A stretch of 61,433 bases of DNA, the filler included, from Dimargaris cristalligena (Eukaryota): the NCBI GenBank assembly GCA_003614675.1. It is 2 parts of 2 records of this genome, joined end to end, with 100 filler letters (N's around TTAATTAATTAA, not from the genome) between each part and the next. Parts side by side here need not be neighbours in the genome. Positions count along the whole stretch, not along the records: positions 30,821 to 61,433 come from ML002453.1; 1 more part is not named here. One strand, written 5' to 3'. Position numbers and translations under genes: made by a program. The notes beneath the pieces are model-generated. The model was not told where the DNA came from and searched no databases. It saw only the letters and a list, made by a program, of their open reading frames with translations. This document shows, piece after piece, positions 54,388-61,433 of this stretch. The first letter of the stretch is position 1. Each line of letters opens with the position of its first letter.

Positions 54388-56809
54388 ATGCTCGCCCAAC
54401 GCAACGCCCTGTTCTCGACTCTACGACGGACCCCCACATTTGGTCGGTCACAGAGGTAGGCTGGCCACATATCACAGTGCTATAGCACCAATGGGCTATA
54501 TCTACCACGACCCACCGTGCCCCACAGCCTTTCCTAGTCTTTTCCCGGCGAGGGAAATGGTCAACCTCCGATCCGACTCCTCTAAGCGCATGCGCTTTTG
54601 GTATGCTGCATATCACGTCCAGGCCCCTGGCCTAAAGGACAGCAGCTGTCCATGTCTCACCATTCTAACCTGCTCAGTCCATATAAAATGCACACATTGG
54701 TCCCATCAACTATAGACTCCCTGGTCTACGGGCGTATTCTTCCGCCAAAGATGACCAGGCCATCAATCGCTTTAGTTCTAAAATCACGCAGCCCAAAGCC
54801 TACGCTGCTTCCCAGGCCATGTGTAAGTCAAAGCTATTACATTGCTCTGGCCCCGTTGTAAACGTTTTCCGTGATCCTTCATAGATTTCCGAAGTGAATG
54901 TATCTAACTTTGTTTACCGACCCTCTAACCTACCCTACTATCCATCCCGCTCTAGTGTACGCGACTGGCCTGGAACCGGACGATATGAAGAAGGCCCAGG
55001 TCGGCATTTCGAGCGTGTAAGTACGATTCGTATATGCTTTTATTTACGTTTTGGTATATATATATTCATTGATTTATAAAAATTCCTGCACGTACCCGGT
55101 GTCACTCTTGCTCCCAGTGAAATTGTCGACTTTTCGGCCGGATAGCCGTCGAATCCGTCGGGGGTGGCGCATAGGCTCCAGTCGTGTTTGCGATATTCTC
55201 TGTTTTTAACCCATATATATATATGCTATGTATCTAACCATAACGACAATGTCGTAGCTGGTACGAGGGCAATCCCTGTAATATGCACCTTAATGACTTG
55301 GCCGCCAAGGTCAAGGAGAGTGTTCAACAAGCGGGTCTGGTCGGCTACCGCTTCAATACCATCGGTGTCAGTGACGGTATCAGCATGGGTACCAATGGCA
55401 TGTCCTACTCCCTCCAATCCCGTGAGATCATTGCCGACTCCATCGAGACTGTCATGAGTGCCCAGTGGTACGATGCCAATATTTCCCTGCCCGGTTGTGA
55501 TAAGAACATGCCCGGCTGCCTGATTGCCATGGGCCGCGTCAATCGTCCCTCGCTCATGGTGTATGGCGGTACCATCAAGCCCGGCAAGTCCCAGTGCACG
55601 GGCGAGAAATTGGACATCGTGTCCGCCTTCCAGTGCTACGGCGAGTACATCGCCGGACGTATCACTGAAGAGGAGCGAACCGACATTATCCGGCACGCCT
55701 GTCCCGGTCCCGGGGCCTGCGGTGGCATGTATACGGCCAACACGATGGCCAGTGCCATCGAAGCCATGGGTATGGCCCTTCCTTACAGCTCGTCGAACCC
55801 CGCCGAGAGCCCCGAGAAATTGGCCGAATGCGCCCAGACCGGCCCGGCCATCCTCAATATTTTGAAAAAGAACATTACCCCGCGCCAAATTATGACCCGC
55901 GAGGCTTTTGAAAACGCCATGGTGCTGATTATGGCCCTGGGCGGCTCTACCAATGCCGTCCTGCACATGATTGCTATAGCCCGCGCCGTCGGCATCAAAC
56001 TGACCCTGGATGACTTCCAACGGGTTAGTGACGCCACTCCCCTGCTGGCCGATTTGAAGCCCAGTGGTAAGTACGTTATGGAGGAGATCCAGGCCATCGG
56101 TGGCACTCCGGCTATCCTAAAGTACTTGCTGGAGAAGGGCAAGATCAACGGAGACTGTATGACCGTGACCGGCCAGACTCTGCAGGAGAACCTCGAGAAA
56201 CTCCCCGGGCTTACCGCGGGACAGCCCATCATCCAACCTTGGGAACAGCCCCTCAAGAAGTCGGGTCACCTGCAAATTCTGCGTGGTAACCTCGCTCCCG
56301 AGGGCAGCGTGGCCAAGATTACGGGCAAGGAGGGTCTGCACTTTGAAGGTACCGCCATTGTCTTTGACTGCGAAGAAGACATGCTGCTGGCCTTGGAGAA
56401 TAAGGAAATCCACAAGGGCCACGTCATCGTGATCCGGTACGAGGGCCCCAAGGGCGGTCCGGGTATGCCTGAGATGCTGACCCCCACCAGTGCAGTCATG
56501 GGAGCCGGTCTCGGCAAGGACGTGGCCCTGCTCACCGACGGCCGCTTCTCGGGTGGTAGCCACGGCTTTATCATTGGTCACATTGCCCCCGAGGCCCAGG
56601 AGGGTGGCCCGATCGCCCTGGTGCGCAACGGCGACAAGGTGGTCATCGATGCGGAAAGTAAGGCCATCACCCTGGAAGTCAGCGACGCTGAATTAGCTGA
56701 GCGCCGGAAGGTGTGGAAGGCCCCGCCTTATCAGGCCACCAGCGGGACGCTGTTTAAGTTCATCAAGAATGTCTCGTCCGCCTCCGAGGGATGCGTTACG
56801 GATGCTTAA
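54388..56809 (+). CDS. ILV3: Dihydroxy-acid dehydratase, mitochondrial; 4 exons, ~595 aa
   Basis: Exons 54388-54455, 54716-54822, 54956-55016 and 55258-56809 give presequence + [25 protein letters not shown]...[11 protein letters not shown], then [51 protein letters not shown] and [11 protein letters not shown]. Confidence 0.96.
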
Positions 56810-57682
56810 TTCATATTCGATTCCAGCTCGAATCATAAAATTTACTATTAGCGGGTTTTAACTAAATAAAACGGATCGAATTTATCGACCATTTGATTGT
56901 TGTGAATACCAGCTGCAACAGACCATGTTGGAAATATTAGCGCACGTTTATTTCGAGCGTATCTTAATGTTTATATTAGGACCCTTAAAAAAATGTTTAC
57001 CCAATAGTCTGATTTGTGTATCCCAGTAACTATTTTAGTATTCATGCATTTGATAATCTCTATAACCAAATTCCCAAGAATTGAAAGATCTGGGGAGGGG
57101 TGGTGGCTAACCACCTACTCCAGGACGATTTTATATTATGACCCTAGGCGTCTGGTTTTGTCCATTCTGAATCAATCCATTACTTATAGTAACAGTTGGC
57201 TTTGATCTGACTCACTGGTCGTCTATGACTTTGTGCTTGGTTCGGATTTGTTAATAATGTAACTTAAACCAACTATTATACCGAGCCTCTATGGCCAAAG
57301 TAAGTGGGTAGGCTCTCTCATTCGCATGAACCCAATTCCTTTCAACTATATTTTACGCGACTTGTTCAAGTACTTATGTTTCTATACTTATTTTCTTTAT
57401 TAATAGGCGTACCTATTCCCTTTTATTATACCCGTCCCATTGAATAACCGGCATTCCATCACCCATAGCCCTCTGGCCCTTCGTTTTGTTTTTTTTTGCA
57501 TAGCTACCGGGAACTCATCTATTTACCCCTTAGTTCACATTGTCCATTATTCCGCCCTCCCTTCTTACGAATCAACCTACTCGATAACCGGCCATTCTGG
57601 CTCTATTCTGTTCAACATACCCGTGATTGGTCACCCTTTTTTATCTTTATATTGCATTAACTATATACTTTTTTTTTACCCG

Positions 57683-59962
57683 ATGCAAAAAAGAGCCCTT
57701 TCGAGTACGCCGGGTGCCGGTCCAGCCGGCTCCGGAGCCAGCGGCGAAAAGAGCGGGGAACCCGCAAGTGCCACGACGGGCAATGTGGATCGCATCGTAC
57801 TGCAGTATCTGCAATCCAAGGGCTACAGCAAAGCGGCGGCCAGTCTCGCGTCGGAGGCCCCCGTGCAAAGCCTAGTTGAACTCGCCGATCAGTTCCAGCC
57901 CAACGAAGACGTGTCGGTGCCCAATTACATTTTGTTTTACAATGACGCCGAACAGGGAAATCCCGACATTTACCGCAGCAGCTACGGCCAGCTCCGCAAT
58001 TGGATCGAACGCTCCTTGGAGCTGTACCAGCCGGAACTCCTCACCATTTCGTACCCCATCTTTGTACACGCGTACTTGGACTTGGTCACCAAACAACTCC
58101 CCGACCATGCCCGCACCTTCTGGGCCCAGTTCCACGGTGACCACGTTTGGACCCACCCCGACGAGATCAGCCAACTGGCCCTCATTGTGGAACCTACCCA
58201 TGTGCGCGAAAACACGTTGGCCCAAACCTTTATGCAAACCAAGTACAATATCCGGATGTCTAAAGTGGCCTTCGAACTGCTCATGTCATTTCTGCAGGAA
58301 AACAAACTTATGCTGCTACTGCGGATTATCAACCAGTACCTGAATATCAAGGTCGATGATCAGGTTACCACAGGGGCTGGTGATGCGGACCGGACGAGCG
58401 ATATCGGGCTGGTGGGGGTCACGAATGGCCAGTTGGCCCAGTTCAACCAGGAGCGCTTGACTCTCGGCCATCGGTCCGTCGATCCCGAGCTGCGCACCGA
58501 AGTGGAACAGACCCTCAAGGATATCCAAAACCGGCAACCCGATGCCCCCGAGATGGATGTGGATACTCCCATGGTTGGTACCCTTCTTCAGGACCTGCAG
58601 AAGATTAAGAAGGAGCCCCTCACCGACGCGCCTGGACTCCAGGATGTTCCCTTTCCACCTCACAAGACTTTTGACGTAAAGGAGCAGCTGCGGCAATTGG
58701 CTGATGTTCGCAAAACGGTATCTCTAAGTCGGGAGGCTCTCCCGTCGATTTGCTGCTACACCTTCCATAACACCTACGATTCGCTCAACTGTACTACCGT
58801 TTCCGATGACCTGACTTTGCTGGCCGGTGGTTTTTCCGAATCGTATATTAAACTGTGGAGCCTGACCGACGAGCCCCTACGGGGATTGCGAAGTAATTTC
58901 AATCCCTCCCACGTGGCCGATATGGACGACCTCAACCGGTACCGGGAGCGCACGGATCAGCGCTACCGGAAACTCGTGGGCCATTCGGGACCGGTGTACG
59001 GCGTTAGTTTGAGCCCCGACGCTCAATATCTTGTCTCGTGTTCCGAGGATAAGACGGCGCGCCTGTGGAGTCTGGACACCTTCACCAATCTGGTCTGTTA
59101 CCGGGGCCATAATTATCCAATTTGGGACGTCGAGTTTGGGCCGTACGGAGTTTACTTTGCCACGGCCGCGCACGATCGTACGGCCCGCTTGTGGAGCTGC
59201 GAACATATTTACCCATTGCGTATCTTCGCCGGCCATCTGGCCGACGTGGACTGCGTGAAATTCCATCCCAACTCCAAATATTTGGTGACTGGGTCGACGG
59301 ACCGTACCTGTCGACTGTGGGATCTGCAGCGGGGTACCTGCGTGCGAGTATTTACGGGCCACCAGGGACCCATCACCGCCGTGGCGGTGGCCCCCAACGG
59401 CCGTACCATGGCCTCTGCCAGTGAGGATAGGACGATTACCTTATGGGACTTGGGGTCGGGCCGTCAGATCCAGCGGGTGGTGGGCCACGAGAAGTCCATT
59501 TATTCGCTGGCCTTTAGTCAGGAAAGTACTCTTCTGATGTCCGGGGGAGCCGACTGTACTGTGCGGCTCTGGGATGTGTCCTCCGAGGCCCTATCCGCTG
59601 TCAATAACCCCTCCTTCCCGCCCGCCGCTACTACCGCAGGTTCGACAGTGGACGGGACTCAGCCATCGTCGGTTAATGGGGTAGGCGGAACCCCGCATTC
59701 TTCCGCCGAGCATCCTCCAACCAACTCTGATTCCACAACCCACACCCATAATGCCACCGATGCCTTCCTCTCTTCCACCCACCCTACCGTGTCCCCCAGC
59801 TCGGCCTCGGCCGGCGGGTCTAGTTCGACAAAACGCCCTCCTATCCAGCCAAGCACCAACCTGCTTTCCACATTCCCGACCAAACGTACCCCCGTCTACA
59901 ACGTACACTATACCCGGCGGAATCTAGGTATTGCTATTGGTGCTTTCCAACCCCAAGAGTAA
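57683..59962 (+). CDS. TAF5: TFIID/SAGA subunit Taf5 (LisH, NTD2, WD40); single exon, ~759 aa
   Basis: LisH IVLQYLQSKGY, NTD2 YPIFVHAYLDLV, LPSICCYTFHNT, LVGHSGPVYG, YRGHNYPIWDV, PLRIFAGHLADVDCVKFHPN and C-terminal FPTKRTPVYNVHYTRRNL; first ATG at 57683. Confidence 0.95.
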   Translation: MQKRALSSTPGAGPAGSGASGEKSGEPASATTGNVDRIVLQYLQSKGYSKAAASLASEAPVQSLVELADQFQPNEDVSVPNYILFYNDAEQGNPDIYRSSYGQLRNWIERSLELYQPELLTISYPIFVHAYLDLVTKQLPDHARTFWAQFHGDHVWTHPDEISQLALIVEPTHVRENTLAQTFMQTKYNIRMSKVAFELLMSFLQENKLMLLLRIINQYLNIKVDDQVTTGAGDADRTSDIGLVGVTNGQLAQFNQERLTLGHRSVDPELRTEVEQTLKDIQNRQPDAPEMDVDTPMVGTLLQDLQKIKKEPLTDAPGLQDVPFPPHKTFDVKEQLRQLADVRKTVSLSREALPSICCYTFHNTYDSLNCTTVSDDLTLLAGGFSESYIKLWSLTDEPLRGLRSNFNPSHVADMDDLNRYRERTDQRYRKLVGHSGPVYGVSLSPDAQYLVSCSEDKTARLWSLDTFTNLVCYRGHNYPIWDVEFGPYGVYFATAAHDRTARLWSCEHIYPLRIFAGHLADVDCVKFHPNSKYLVTGSTDRTCRLWDLQRGTCVRVFTGHQGPITAVAVAPNGRTMASASEDRTITLWDLGSGRQIQRVVGHEKSIYSLAFSQESTLLMSGGADCTVRLWDVSSEALSAVNNPSFPPAATTAGSTVDGTQPSSVNGVGGTPHSSAEHPPTNSDSTTHTHNATDAFLSSTHPTVSPSSASAGGSSSTKRPPIQPSTNLLSTFPTKRTPVYNVHYTRRNLGIAIGAFQPQE

Positions 59963-60692
59963 ACTTCAATGTAGAGAAAATGCGCTCGCTACTAATCAGT
60001 CGGCGCCTTAAAATCGTTATATATATATAACTAACTAGTGCGGAGGCTATGTATGCGAGATTTGTGTGCATGGGGGGGGGTATAGTTAGTTTATTTATGT
60101 ATTCTATGTAGCTCCAAAAACAGAATTATAGTGAATAAAAGGCCATGGCAATAATTTCATTGGTCATTATTTCGAATAGCTAGTAATGGGTAATTGGTAT
60201 AGAGTAGAGGAAGGGTAAATTGAGAAGCCAGAAAGGGATTCGTATTTATCGGATGGAGCCATGCGGTATAAATGTTAGCTAGCTGATTAGAAATGGGCCT
60301 CAGTACCATATAGCCGAACATAACGTTATTTTGTAGAAACGTGAATATAGCCATGAATTTCTAATAATATCGAATAAGGGACATTGTATGTAGTCGGGTG
60401 ATTGTTAAATTCTTTAGTAAATAGCAAATAGCCGCCGGGTCCATTATTAGGCCTAGTCTCGATCATATCTGGCCTTGATTCCAGAAATATTTATAATGAT
60501 ACTTTCGTCAGCTGTCTCTTGGAGATGGCATATTTTACTCTACCCTCATGTTATTCATGAGCCCAAGTTTTGAAATATCTATGCTGTTACATAGCCATGG
60601 GAGACATCAGACTGCCAGTTGGGATAGATTGTTGGTATTATTGTAAACAATAATATATGTATAAAATAGCCAACCAAAAATAAATTTCAAAA

Positions 60693-60767
60693 GCCTTATT
60701 AGCTCAGTTGGTTTAGAGCGTCGTGCTAATAACGCGAAGGTCACAGGTTCGATCCCTGTATGAGGCA
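60693..60767 (+). tRNA. tRNA-Ile (anticodon AAT), intronless
   Basis: Acceptor stem GCCTTAT/ATGAGGC plus discriminator A; D arm GCTC..GAGC; anticodon arm TCGTG-CTAATAA-CGCGA; T arm ACAGG-TTCGATC-CCTGT. Confidence 0.96.
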
Positions 60768-60769
60768 TC

Positions 60770-60777
60770 TTTTTTTT
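60770..60777 (+). terminator. RNA polymerase III oligo-T terminator
   Basis: T8 run directly after the tRNA 3' end. Confidence 0.8.
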
Positions 60778-61433
60778 GATAGTTTTGGGGTCTAATATTT
60801 CCACAGTTCATCTGGGCAAAAAAATATTGCGTGCCTGTGTGGGTTCATCATTTTACAATTTGACCAAAATTCACCTATATGTTTTAATAGACTGAATCAG
60901 TTAAGGTGATGTGGCCCTCCAATCTTCCCGAAATAATAAAACCCCAACTTCTAACCCAGCTACGTGGTACTATACCCATACTTATATAGTTAACCAATTG
61001 CATATCTTAGTTATAATGCTTAATGCACATAATAAGGATATCGACTACTAATGCTACTAAGGGACAGTACGTGGAGTGGGGTGGGCAAATATGTGATCTA
61101 AACCAGTATAGTAGTATAAGTTTAGTGGATTAGGCAATTGAAGAGTGATAAGGCTTAATTGAAGGATTAATTTATAACTGATTATAGCCAAATGATACTA
61201 GCAATTAAATGTGCCCGCTAGGATAAACAATCAGAGCCTTTGGCAAAAACCGAGTTGGTAGGAGAGATAAATAAATAGCTATAATTTAATAGAAATAGTT
61301 GTTGTGGTGTGGCAGAGCGACTAATATAATAATAGGCGAAAAATGCCTTATTGTCAAAAGATATAGTAAAATCGGACTCAAGATAACTGTAGGCAAAACT
61401 GCCGGTACAGTTCAGAAGAATGAAAAAAGAGAT

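Noticed and set aside
43181-59962. SPT8 and TAF5 (both SAGA subunits), plus CYC8, as a transcription co-factor cluster
   Set aside because: They are separated by unrelated genes and share no convincing motif; compatible with chance in a gene-dense genome.

Overview
Gene-dense window from an intron-containing fungal genome. It is probably an early-diverging lineage, but that is inference and the taxon cannot be fixed from this sequence. Hand-spliced protein genes: EFR3, ILV2, ILV6, a PPR protein, CYC8/SSN6, ECT1 (9 exons), a short THOC5, a mitochondrial prolyl-tRNA synthetase cut by an artificial 100-bp contig linker (N44-TTAATTAATTAA-N44 at 30721-30820), CDC26, two orphan signal-peptide proteins, UBP14, SPT8, two tandem Tam-like methyltransferases, ILV3 and TAF5, plus tRNA-Ile(AAT). 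Main signals that the ORF track does not show: (1) ILV2 and ILV6 are adjacent, ILV3 lies in the same window across the linker, and all three carry upstream Gcn4/CpcA-type TGA(C/G)TCA sites; (2) a non-coding spliced host gene at about 42.1-43.1 kb has three introns, each holding one box C/D snoRNA in snR75-snR74-snR73 order; (3) a ~1.28-kb island has no CpG at all; (4) a small cationic Cys-free secreted peptide; (5) a frame break inside CYC8. All coordinates, splice models and motif counts were worked out by eye, without searches.
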